From: a virus
Lineage: Duplodnaviria > Caudoviricetes
Strand: one strand, 5' to 3'
IMG/VR virus record: IMGVR_UViG_3300004210_000005
Coordinates: 1-39,001 of that record
DNA: 39,001 nt
Shown: positions 18,089 to 26,389 of the stretch, piece by piece
Numbering within the stretch: the stretch's first letter is position 1
Layout of the letters: every line of letters starts with the position of its first letter
Made by a program: the position numbers and the translations under genes
The notes under the pieces: generated by a model
Database searches by the model: none
Told to the model about the DNA's origin: nothing
What the model saw: the letters and a program-made list of their open reading frames with translations, nothing else

Positions 18089-18177
18089 GCTACCGTGGCG
18101 AAACTGGCAGACGCCCTAGACTTAGAATCTAGTGTCCCGAAAGGGGCGTGGAGGTTCAACCCCTCTCGGTAGCACCA
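18089..18177 (+). tRNA. tRNA-Leu(TAG)
   Basis: gctaccg/cggtagc, ctaga-ctTAGaa-tctag, ACCA. Confidence 0.93.
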
Positions 18178-18180
18178 TAT

Positions 18181-18268
18181 GCTAAGGTGGCGTAACTGGC
18201 AGCCGCGCTAGTCTAAGAAGCTAGTACCTGTAATGGGTGTAGGGGTTCAAGTCCCCTCCTTAGCACCA
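18181..18268 (+). tRNA. tRNA-Leu(AAG)
   Basis: gctaagg/ccttagc, ctagt-ctAAGaa-gctag, long variable arm, ACCA. Confidence 0.9.
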
Positions 18269-18271
18269 CAA

Positions 18272-18622
18272 TTAATTTTTGCCAGGTTTTTTGGCAGCTT
18301 TAGAACTCTCAATTGACGGATACTTAGAATGTACTTTACGTACCACTGCGTTAACTAATGATTGTAGTGACCCTTTGTACCAGTCAGGAACCTTGCTATA
18401 TTGATTAACTCGTGCAATGGCATTTCTTGCTTGATCAATATTGTTAATTGGGAAATGGTCTTTTTTATCTTTGGCACTTTCGGCAGGAACACATACCGTT
18501 CCACGATTTCTGGTTTTAGCATTGGGATCAAGCTTCTTGTTTGCAGTTTTGATTAGTGCTTGTTTTGCTTCATCTTCAAATGCAGTTGCTAAATCCAATA
18601 AATTATCTAAATCGTAGTTCAT
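18272..18622 (-). CDS. hypothetical protein (DUF6582-like motif), inside the tRNA array
   Basis: HFPINNIDQARNAIARVNQ; TAAGGA SD on - strand. Confidence 0.7.
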   Translation of the reverse strand: MNYDLDNLLDLATAFEDEAKQALIKTANKKLDPNAKTRNRGTVCVPAESAKDKKDHFPINNIDQARNAIARVNQYSKVPDWYKGSLQSLVNAVVRKVHSKYPSIESSKAAKKPGKN

Positions 18623-18688
18623 GGTGTTCCTTATGTTTTCGGTATAATTTTATGCCAATAATTTGGCAGATAGTTATATGTTATTGTG

Positions 18689-18764
18689 GTGTTGTGAGGG
18701 AGCTGGTGACCCCGGATGACTGTGAATCATTCAATGACGAGATCGTAACTCGTACAACACACCA
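18689..18764 (+). tRNA. tRNA-His(GTG), atypical (A73, T-loop ATCGTAA)
   Basis: gtgttgt/acaacac, gatga-ctGTGaa-tcatt, acgag-atcgtaa-ctcgt, A-CCA; G at 18688 (-1). Confidence 0.8.
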
Positions 18765-18768
18765 AAAT

Positions 18769-18843
18769 GGTCCCATCGTCTAATGGCAAGGACGTCAGCC
18801 TCTCACGTTGAGAATACGGGTTCGAATCCCGTTGGGATCACCA
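18769..18843 (+). tRNA. tRNA-Glu(CTC)
   Basis: ggtccca/tgggatc, tcagc-ctCTCac-gttga, GTTCGAAT, ACCA. Confidence 0.92.
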
Positions 18844-18847
18844 TAAT

Positions 18848-18922
18848 GGGTATGGGACCGATTAACCATTTAGTAGAAACGAGAATCGGGAGCAGCAGGT
18901 GTAATTCCTATCATATCCACCA
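18848..18922 (+). ncRNA. tRNA-like RNA with G3:U70 and ACCA but no recognisable D/anticodon arms
   Basis: gggtatg/catatcc-A-CCA acceptor stem; internal ccgatt/aatcgg stem; degenerate T arm gcagg-tgtaatt-cctat. Confidence 0.6.
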
Positions 18923-18937
18923 CGTTTGATAATATAT

Positions 18938-19009
18938 GCCCCATGCAGCGGAACTGCAGCAGAGTCTTCTAAACTCAGCCAAGAGGTTCAACTCCTCTAT
19001 GGGGTGCCA
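18938..19009 (+). tRNA. tRNA-Arg(TCT), short atypical D arm
   Basis: gccccat/atggggt, gagt-ctTCTaa-actc, agagg-ttcaact-cctct, GCCA. Confidence 0.8.
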
Positions 19010-19013
19010 ATTA

Positions 19014-19087
19014 GCCCCTGTCGTAATGGATTTACGCAAGAGTCTACGAAGCTCTTTGTCTAGGTTCAAATCCTAGCAGGGGTGCCA
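19014..19087 (+). tRNA. tRNA-Arg(ACG)
   Basis: gcccctg/caggggt, agagt-ctACGaa-gctct, ctagg-ttcaaat-cctag, GCCA. Confidence 0.87.
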
Positions 19088-19109
19088 ACTAACAATTGAG
19101 GTAAGAACA

Positions 19110-19403
19110 ATGTTAGCCCATGAACTAAGAAAAGTGGCAGAAAAAGTAAGTGACGCTAAATCAGAAGAGAAAGCACAAGCTGCCGCCGAATTTCTTAGAA
19201 ATCGAGCAGTATCAAGTGCTCAATTAGGAAATTTTTCAATGAAAATTGAAACGTCCAAACTTACTTTTTCAAAAGATATTTTGAAAAAAGCAATGACCAT
19301 TCTTAGTAAAGAAGGGTTTGCGTGCAAGATAGATACTGAAATTACAGCTTGGTATAGTAATATTGATTGTGATAGTGAAGAGTTTTTGTATATGAATTGG
19401 TAA
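19110..19403 (+). CDS. hypothetical protein inside the tRNA array
   Basis: GAGGT SD; 97 aa. Confidence 0.7.
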   Translation: MLAHELRKVAEKVSDAKSEEKAQAAAEFLRNRAVSSAQLGNFSMKIETSKLTFSKDILKKAMTILSKEGFACKIDTEITAWYSNIDCDSEEFLYMNW

Positions 19404-19407
19404 ATAT

Positions 19408-19481
19408 GTCCCCGTAGCACAATGGATTAATGCAGCGCGCTACGAACGCGAAGATTGCAGGTTCGAGTCCTGCCGGGGATA
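19408..19481 (+). tRNA. tRNA-Arg(ACG), second copy
   Basis: gtccccg/cggggat, cgcg-ctACGaa-cgcg, gcagg-ttcgagt-cctgc; CCA not encoded. Confidence 0.88.
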
Positions 19482-19485
19482 CAAG

Positions 19486-19509
19486 AGGCTCTATAATGGA
19501 GCCTTTTTT
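19486..19509 (+). terminator. intrinsic terminator closing the tRNA array
   Basis: aggctc-tataatg-gagcct followed by a T tract. Confidence 0.75.
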
Positions 19510-19533
19510 ATTTTGTAGATTAAAGGATTATAT

Positions 19534-19839
19534 ATGTCTAGACCTAGTTTTATTACAGCTACAGATGTGGCTCGTTGGTCAAAAGAAATTGATGAAGATA
19601 AATCATTACCACCAGGCTTATCAAAATCTCCAGTCATACGAGAAGTATGTTTTGCTGGACTTTGGCTTTGTGAACAGTTAACTGAATTAAATTGCCCCAG
19701 ATCTCTTATTGTGAGAATTCAATATACCGCAGGTAAAGTGTCTTTCGGTAGAGACGCTTGGGAAATTCATCAGCAATTCTTAGAAGGTTACAAGAACAAT
19801 ACATTGGATTTTGCCGTAGATCCAACAAATATGAATTAA
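19534..19839 (+). CDS. hypothetical protein
   Basis: AAGGA SD; 101 aa. Confidence 0.7.
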   Translation: MSRPSFITATDVARWSKEIDEDKSLPPGLSKSPVIREVCFAGLWLCEQLTELNCPRSLIVRIQYTAGKVSFGRDAWEIHQQFLEGYKNNTLDFAVDPTNMN

Positions 19840-19858
19840 TTTATTTATTATTTGGGGA

Positions 19859-19887
19859 TTGACGCCGCAATTTGCGGTGATTATATT
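19859..19887 (+). promoter_or_regulatory. sigma70-like promoter with palindromic spacer
   Basis: TTGACG-N17-TATATT; spacer contains ccgcaa-t-ttgcgg. Confidence 0.6.
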
Positions 19888-19913
19888 ATTACGAGATTTA
19901 AACGGAGAAGATT

Positions 19914-21041
19914 ATGGCTCAGACTCAACAACAAGTAATGGTTACCTCTGACTTCAATTTGCAAAAATTGAGTACAAAAGATTTGTCAGAGCATATTTCT
20001 GCTGCAATTCAAGTTGGCAGTAATATCGCAGTATTTGGGCGCAGAGGAACCGGCAAAACAGAAATAGCTAAGTATCAAATTAAAAAATCTGGTTTGAAGG
20101 AAGTTTATCTAAATCTTTCTGTTTTAGAAAGAGTGGATATGGGTGGTTATCCAAATATTATGGGAGCTAACCTACAACGCAAATTCGTTGAGTTTTTGCT
20201 TCCTCAATTTTACGAAGAGATGGTAGATGGTAAAGAAGGTGTTGTTGCCTTATTGGATGAGGTGGATAAAGCAGATACAAGCCTTTGGGCTCCTCTATTA
20301 GAGTTTACTCAGTTTCACTCTATTAATGGTCGCCCCTTACCACAATTAAAGGCAATCATCATGACAGGTAACTTAATTTCAGAAGGTGGGGCTAGACCTA
20401 GCCTTCCTCTTCTGGATAGATCTGAAAAGTATCTAGTTGAAGCAGACGCATCTTCTTGGCTAGAATGGGCTGGTAAGATGGGTCATATTCACCCATCTAT
20501 CACCGCTTATATCACAGACCATCCAAAAGATTTGTTTGGAAATGTAGACCCAGATGATAGATACGCCGATCCTTCTCCTAGAGGTTGGGACCGAGCTTCG
20601 CAATTACTATATAAAGGAGAAGCCCATGGTTGGAGTACCAGCCTCTTAAATAGTAAGGTATCTGGTTGTGTAGGTAAAGATGCTGGACTCAAGTATTCTA
20701 ATTATTACGAGCACTATCAGCAACTACTGCCTATGATTGAAGACCTGTATCAAGGCAAGAATATAATTGATAGATATGAGCCATTGGAACCAACCAAAAA
20801 ATTAGTTGCTTGTATGATTACATGTGCAAGACTAGCGGCACAACTGGATCAGTCCGAAGGCGGTGAGTTACCTCCTTCAGTCCATTATGTTGGCAAATTC
20901 TTACAACAAGTATCTTACGAAAATGTTTTAGTCGCTGTTCGTAGCCAAATTCAGATTTTACGTTTGGTTAAGTTCAGTCTAGATGAGCATCCAGAGTGGG
21001 AAGCCGTTTTAAATAGAATCAATAGGCAAGTTGAGGACTAA
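19914..21041 (+). CDS. MoxR-like AAA+ ATPase (copy 1)
   Basis: GRRGTGKT Walker A, LLDEVDK Walker B, TGN, PLLDR, PSPRGW. Confidence 0.88.
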   Translation: MAQTQQQVMVTSDFNLQKLSTKDLSEHISAAIQVGSNIAVFGRRGTGKTEIAKYQIKKSGLKEVYLNLSVLERVDMGGYPNIMGANLQRKFVEFLLPQFYEEMVDGKEGVVALLDEVDKADTSLWAPLLEFTQFHSINGRPLPQLKAIIMTGNLISEGGARPSLPLLDRSEKYLVEADASSWLEWAGKMGHIHPSITAYITDHPKDLFGNVDPDDRYADPSPRGWDRASQLLYKGEAHGWSTSLLNSKVSGCVGKDAGLKYSNYYEHYQQLLPMIEDLYQGKNIIDRYEPLEPTKKLVACMITCARLAAQLDQSEGGELPPSVHYVGKFLQQVSYENVLVAVRSQIQILRLVKFSLDEHPEWEAVLNRINRQVED

Positions 21042-21082
21042 ACCTATCATCGTAACATGGTATATAACTATTTGGGGTTAAT

Positions 21083-22669
21083 ATGAAATTTTCCAGAGTG
21101 ATAGGTAAAGTTGACGATAAGCTGGTTGCCAAGGCTGAAGATAAATTATCTAAGGTATTTCTTGAGCTAGGCACAAGATATAATAATGAACATATTGGTA
21201 CTGGAATGGGTGGTGATCCATTAATCTTTGGACTAATGTATCCAATAGATCACATTTGTACTTTGAATATGCCAACAGCGGCGACAGATGGTAAAAGATA
21301 CTTCTGGAATCCTAAGTTTGTTGTCAAGACAAGTACTCGTGGTTTGCGCATTATCTGTAGCCACGAAGCTTGGCATGCGATCTATATGCACCCTCAAAGA
21401 AGAGGGTCGCGTATTCCTAAATTATGGAATATTGCGGTTGATTATATTGTCAATGGTACTTGTATGGAAGACTTAAAAGCTCGTAAACTTAATCCACATG
21501 ATGTCTTTACAAAAGAAGTTGGAAGATATATGTGCCTTAAAGATTATATGGAGCTTTTAAAAGATCCATTCCATCCACCTAAAGGGTGGGAAGATTTAAA
21601 GTTTGGTCAAGATAATGATCCTCATATTAGTCTTCCGAAGCCCGGCGAAGATAGAGATCTAACCCCTCAAGAACAAAAAGAGCTTGAGAGGAGAGAGAAG
21701 GGCGTAAGATTTTACTACGCCGATCCTAATCTTGATGAAGAATTAAAACGCCCAGAAAAAATCTATGATATGCTATATAAACTCCTACCCAAATGCCCTA
21801 AGTGCGGAAGTGTAGGGCTTTATAAGCCGCCAAGTAAGGGCGGCAATAAATCAAAAGGAGATGGTAATAGCCCAGGAAAAGATAATGGAGATAAGGGAGA
21901 TCCTGGACAATGCCCCGGCTGTGGAGGGGAAAAAGGAACATGCCCTAATTGTGGTGGGGGCTATGATATTTTTGGATTCGGAGCAACACTTGATGACCAT
22001 ATAGATGCGGAAGAAAGTGAAGAAAAGCTTGCTAAAAGAATCTCTGATGCCATGGAAGCGGCTAAGAAAATGGCTGGTCATATTCCTGGCTCTCTCGAAG
22101 ATGAATTGGGCAAACTTACTGCTCCTAAAGTTACATGGCAAGATATTATTCGTACCCGCCTTATTAAGGCTAGATCAGGTAATGGCAGAAATGATTGGAC
22201 CAGATTCAGAACGCGCCCAATGTTTGCGGGACTTTTAGTTCCTAAAAGAAGAAATTATTTTGCTCATTTCGGATGCCTACTTGATACTAGCGGATCCATG
22301 AGCGCAGAGGATATGGCATTTGGTTTATCACAACTGTGCGCCTTGGATGAAAAAGCAGAGGGAACGATTGTTCCAGCAGATGCTAAGATATACTGGGATA
22401 AGGCAGTTAAGATTAAAAAAGCTAATGCTGAAGAGATCACAAAAGTTAGACCTTACGGAAGAGGCGGGACCAAGTTTGCCGATTTCTTTAACGATTATGA
22501 AGAGAATATAGGTCATTGTGATTTTCTTATTGTAATCACAGATGGGTTTTTATTGGATTCTGATTTTGTAGAAATGAAAAATCCAGGTAAGGATGTCATC
22601 TGGCTAATTACCAGTGGAAGCGTTTTTAATCCTCCATTTGGTAGGGCATTTGATTTAAGAAGTTCATGA
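21083..22669 (+). CDS. DUF2201-like metallopeptidase + VWA domain protein
   Basis: TAATDG, HEAWH (HExxH), WNIAVD, CxxC inserts, LDTSGSM (MIDAS), GRGGT, ITDG. Confidence 0.85.
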   Translation: MKFSRVIGKVDDKLVAKAEDKLSKVFLELGTRYNNEHIGTGMGGDPLIFGLMYPIDHICTLNMPTAATDGKRYFWNPKFVVKTSTRGLRIICSHEAWHAIYMHPQRRGSRIPKLWNIAVDYIVNGTCMEDLKARKLNPHDVFTKEVGRYMCLKDYMELLKDPFHPPKGWEDLKFGQDNDPHISLPKPGEDRDLTPQEQKELERREKGVRFYYADPNLDEELKRPEKIYDMLYKLLPKCPKCGSVGLYKPPSKGGNKSKGDGNSPGKDNGDKGDPGQCPGCGGEKGTCPNCGGGYDIFGFGATLDDHIDAEESEEKLAKRISDAMEAAKKMAGHIPGSLEDELGKLTAPKVTWQDIIRTRLIKARSGNGRNDWTRFRTRPMFAGLLVPKRRNYFAHFGCLLDTSGSMSAEDMAFGLSQLCALDEKAEGTIVPADAKIYWDKAVKIKKANAEEITKVRPYGRGGTKFADFFNDYEENIGHCDFLIVITDGFLLDSDFVEMKNPGKDVIWLITSGSVFNPPFGRAFDLRSS

Positions 22670-22678
22670 GGCATCACA

Positions 22679-22750
22679 ATGGGCGTAGATTATTATCAGT
22701 GTGATAAGTGCTCGCGCGGCTTTTTCAAGAGAATAAAAAATGAACATTAA
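22679..22750 (+). pseudogene. possible truncated gene stub MGVDYYQCDKC...
   Basis: GAGG SD then MGVDYYQCDKCSRGFFKRIKNEH*; a single CxxC. Confidence 0.35.
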
Positions 22751-23222
22751 TGTTTTAGTAAGCGCTGGAGGTCTTTTATTTCTATTAACCTTTGTACATT
22801 TTTTTGTAGATTGGTTATTTCAAACCCATAAAGAAGCGGTTCTAAAAACTAGATCTACTTTGATTAGAGCTAGACATTGTTTGATATATACTGTTGGCTT
22901 TATTCCAATATTAATTTTAATGAGGCTTGAATTATGGGAACTATATACTGCAATTATGATTCTGTTCTTTTCTCACTTCCTAGAAGATACATATCTGCCA
23001 GTTTATTTGTGGGCGAGATACATTCGTAAACCACCAGAAATGTTTGAGTTAAACAAATATAAGGTGGTATTTGAGGGTTCGCTCATTGATTATCCAGCCA
23101 ATCATAAAGATGGTTTTATGGAATTTTCTAAGACCCCTCTCGGAAGAATTATAATCATTACCGTAGACCAAATAATTCACATAACATTCTTGATTCCTTT
23201 AGTCTGGATGGCTCTGAATTAA
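22740..23222 (+). CDS. DUF3307-like membrane protein
   Basis: HFFVDWLFQ, H..IY, SHFLED, DQIIH. Confidence 0.8.
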   Translation: MNINVLVSAGGLLFLLTFVHFFVDWLFQTHKEAVLKTRSTLIRARHCLIYTVGFIPILILMRLELWELYTAIMILFFSHFLEDTYLPVYLWARYIRKPPEMFELNKYKVVFEGSLIDYPANHKDGFMEFSKTPLGRIIIITVDQIIHITFLIPLVWMALN

Positions 23223-23251
23223 CCTGTTTTTATTTTAAAAATTAAGCGGGC

Positions 23252-23279
23252 TTGACTTTAATTTTTGAAGATACAAATT
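23252..23279 (+). promoter_or_regulatory. promoter-like repeat upstream of rIIA
   Basis: cTTGACTttaatttttgaagataCAAATTg, 28/30 identical to 33529-33558. Confidence 0.6.
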
Positions 23280-23343
23280 GGTTGCGTAGGGCGACGGTGA
23301 GTCGCGAGGCAATTAAAAATAATACGCAGTCTAGGAGATAGGC

Positions 23344-25440
23344 ATGAAACTTAGTGATATTAGACCGACGATTGAAACTTCTGGCGAACTTGAGGAGCAG
23401 TTCTTTTCTATTCAAGATCAGGGAATGATTTTCGACATCTTGCGAAACAAGATGTATTCAAATCCAATTCTAGCCATTTGTAGAGAAATCTCTTGTAATG
23501 CTAGAGATGCTCACAGAGAGGTTGGTACACCAGAAGTTCCAATTGTGATTAGTCTACCAACATCCCTAGAGCCTTTTTATAAGATCAAGGATTTAGGACC
23601 GGGTATTAGTCCTGATCGTATGTCTAACATTTTCATTAAGTATACGGCAAGTACCAAGAGGGACGATAACGTCCAGACTGGTGGATTCGGGTTAGGAGCA
23701 AAGACTCCGTTCTCATATAGTGACACATTTACTATCGTCACAAATTTTGAGGGAGTACAGTACAATTATGCTTGTTTTATTGATGAAACCAAGGTCGGTA
23801 AGCTGGCTTTATTCTCATCTACGCCAACGACAGAACCTAATGGAACAGAGATTATTATCCCTGTTAAGCCAGTTGACTTCAAACATTTTTCTGAATGGAC
23901 AGAACATGCCACTAGACATTGGGATGTAAAGCCGCTTATCAAAGGCGGCGCCTTGTCTTACCAAAAAATCGACAAAGTAATTGAGGGAGATAATTGGGCA
24001 ATTGCAACTTCTCCAAATTCATGGCAGCGTGAGGCGAAGCTAATTATTGATGGCATTGAATATCCTCTTGAACTATCGGCTCTTAAGACATATGCTGACA
24101 GTAAGATGATTGATTCTGCCAAAGGCAATATCTACTTGTACTTTAATGTCGGAGAGTTAAGCTTATCGGCAAGCCGAGAACAGGTTTATCTTGACAAGTC
24201 GACACAAGAAAAAATTAGAACTCGTTTAGATGAAATGGTTAACGAAGTTAAGATTAGGGTCGTTAATAAGATTGAATCTTTCCCAGATTTTTGGACGGCT
24301 AACCTATATTACCGAAATGAGTTAAGTACAGCATTTAGTAATATTTCATTCCTGGGACAACTATCTTGGCATGGTACGCCACTGTTTAGTTCAGGTTATA
24401 TCAACATTAATTGCCCAGTATTCATCTTTAGCAAGGGCAAGTATTCAAGAAAATATGGAACAGACCCTAACAGGATTACTCGTTCTGGTGGAAACAAATC
24501 ACTTAACTTTGAAGCTGATACGGCTATTTTTGTAAACGATCTTCCGTTAAAGGAACCAACAGGGCGCCATCTAAAGAAGGCTTTTGAAGATAATCCATCA
24601 TTAAAACACGTATATGTCGTGTGTCCAGATGCCAAAGTTACTTTAGATATTCTTAATACTAAGTTCCACTTAGACCTCATGAACCCAAGGCAGCTCTCTG
24701 AAGTTACCAAGGCGTCTGGTCGTACTTATAAGGGTTCCAATACTTCTAGGTTGATTTTATTTAAACTGGACCCTATAAATCAACATTTTAAGCAGAGCAG
24801 TCGAATCGCTTTAGACGAAGATACCAACGATAAGGTTCTTTGCAAATTACGAAAAGATTCTTATGGAAATAATAGGGACGCTATTCTTAAGAATGGTAAA
24901 GTGTTAAGTCAGTCAGGATTTAAAACGCTGCTCTCTATGTTTCCTTCCACATCTTTTTATGGTGTTGACGCAGATATGCCAGAAGATAGATTAGAAGATG
25001 ATTTTTCAGATTTCATCGGGCTAGAAGATTTTATTAATTTCAATGTAATCTCTAATAAAACAATTAATTTTGTCGAGATTAAGTTCGCCAGATCACTTGT
25101 ATATAAGGTTGATGAAAGACAAGTCAAGCACGCAGAAAAAATAAAGAACTTAATTGTAAATCCAGACAGTCTGTTTCTTAAGAGAATAATTCTTCATGAG
25201 AAAATTCGTAAACTTGGCGATACAAATTATGGTTTACTAGATATTTATGAAACAATTAATGGCATTATTCCAGAAGATGATCTTGAATTATTCAAGAAGA
25301 ATAACGAGGATATGGACTTAGAGGCAATAAATTCTAAGTTTGACCAAAAATATCCTTTAATGCCATACGTTAGCACATATAGGTACAATGATATTATTAG
25401 TCACTTGGTACAATACGTCAACTTAATTGACGCTGTTTAA
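23344..25440 (+). CDS. rIIA: rIIA-like protein (GHKL ATPase N-terminus)
   Basis: LRNKMYSNPILAICREISCNARDAH, DLGPG, STK, GGFGLGAK; directly upstream of rIIB-like gene. Confidence 0.88.
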   Translation: MKLSDIRPTIETSGELEEQFFSIQDQGMIFDILRNKMYSNPILAICREISCNARDAHREVGTPEVPIVISLPTSLEPFYKIKDLGPGISPDRMSNIFIKYTASTKRDDNVQTGGFGLGAKTPFSYSDTFTIVTNFEGVQYNYACFIDETKVGKLALFSSTPTTEPNGTEIIIPVKPVDFKHFSEWTEHATRHWDVKPLIKGGALSYQKIDKVIEGDNWAIATSPNSWQREAKLIIDGIEYPLELSALKTYADSKMIDSAKGNIYLYFNVGELSLSASREQVYLDKSTQEKIRTRLDEMVNEVKIRVVNKIESFPDFWTANLYYRNELSTAFSNISFLGQLSWHGTPLFSSGYININCPVFIFSKGKYSRKYGTDPNRITRSGGNKSLNFEADTAIFVNDLPLKEPTGRHLKKAFEDNPSLKHVYVVCPDAKVTLDILNTKFHLDLMNPRQLSEVTKASGRTYKGSNTSRLILFKLDPINQHFKQSSRIALDEDTNDKVLCKLRKDSYGNNRDAILKNGKVLSQSGFKTLLSMFPSTSFYGVDADMPEDRLEDDFSDFIGLEDFINFNVISNKTINFVEIKFARSLVYKVDERQVKHAEKIKNLIVNPDSLFLKRIILHEKIRKLGDTNYGLLDIYETINGIIPEDDLELFKKNNEDMDLEAINSKFDQKYPLMPYVSTYRYNDIISHLVQYVNLIDAV

Positions 25441-25453
25441 TAGGAGAATGACA

Positions 25454-26377
25454 ATGGAAAAAAGAGTTAAGGGTTGGTTGATTACGGATCAGAACATTAC
25501 GGTTAATTATGATGGGCAAACCCACATCGTTGCCCGTACAGACGCACTGGCTGACAAGCTTATTGATGCGGTAAAGACAAATAAGTTGGAGGAGATTCCC
25601 AATCTTATTTCTGCTGCAAAACGAGTAGAAACGTTTGGAAAGGGAAACTTCGTCGTTAAGGATGGGCAGATTCTTGTCAATGGCGTACTGGCTCCTCCAG
25701 TTCTTGGCGATAAGATTGTTCGATTCTCCAATGAGGGCTTACCTTATGAGCCTCTTGTGAAGTTTGCAGAAAATCTTCAAAAGAACCCATCGTTCCGAGC
25801 AGTTAACGAACTATTCCAATTCTTAGAGAAGAATGATCACCCCATCACCGACAATGGTTGTTTCATTGCCTATAAGAAAGTTCGTAAGGACTTTTTGGAT
25901 GGGCATACAGGAACAATCGATAACTCGGTTGGAAATACTGTAGAAATGCCTCGCAATCAGGTTAATGAAGACCCAACCCAGACATGCAGTTATGGTTTGC
26001 ATGTAGCTAATTGGGATTATGCAAATAACGTATATTCTGCTGGTGATTCTCCAGTAATGCTAGAAGTTGAAGTGAATCCTGCTGATGTTGTGGCAGTACC
26101 AGTTGATTACGATCAAGCCAAGATGAGAGTTTGTAAGTATGTAGTCTTGGGAGTGGTTGATCATGAGAATTCTGATTCTCCTCTTCGTGTAACCAGAACT
26201 CGTGCAGCAGTTGATGATGAATCTTGTTGCCATTGTGATGGGTGTGATGGGTGTGAAGATGATTACGAAGATGAAGAAGAACCTTGCCCACATTGCTGCA
26301 ACTATGATTGTTATGATGATGAATGTATGGACGATGAAAAAGAAGATGATTATCCTTGGGAAGATGAATTGAAGTAA
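25454..26377 (+). CDS. rIIB: rIIB-like protein with Cys/Asp-rich tail
   Basis: NPS..AV.ELFQFL, ITDNGCFIAYK, MPRNQV, CSYGLH, VNPADVVAVP.DY..KMRVCKY; ATG 25454 follows AGGAG. Confidence 0.88.
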   Translation: MEKRVKGWLITDQNITVNYDGQTHIVARTDALADKLIDAVKTNKLEEIPNLISAAKRVETFGKGNFVVKDGQILVNGVLAPPVLGDKIVRFSNEGLPYEPLVKFAENLQKNPSFRAVNELFQFLEKNDHPITDNGCFIAYKKVRKDFLDGHTGTIDNSVGNTVEMPRNQVNEDPTQTCSYGLHVANWDYANNVYSAGDSPVMLEVEVNPADVVAVPVDYDQAKMRVCKYVVLGVVDHENSDSPLRVTRTRAAVDDESCCHCDGCDGCEDDYEDEEEPCPHCCNYDCYDDECMDDEKEDDYPWEDELK

Positions 26378-26389
26378 TTCCATAATCAA

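Noticed and set aside
18089-18177. Amber suppressor tRNA or stop-codon recoding
   Set aside because: Anticodon TAG reads CTA (Leu); a suppressor would have CTA. Genes are intact and tightly packed under the standard code
18848-18922. tmRNA
   Set aside because: Only 75 nt between the acceptor strands, with no tag reading frame or pseudoknots
17875-19681. ORF-track entries 17875..18072, 18556..18783 and 19430..19681
   Set aside because: They overlap tRNA genes or real CDSs; spurious translations
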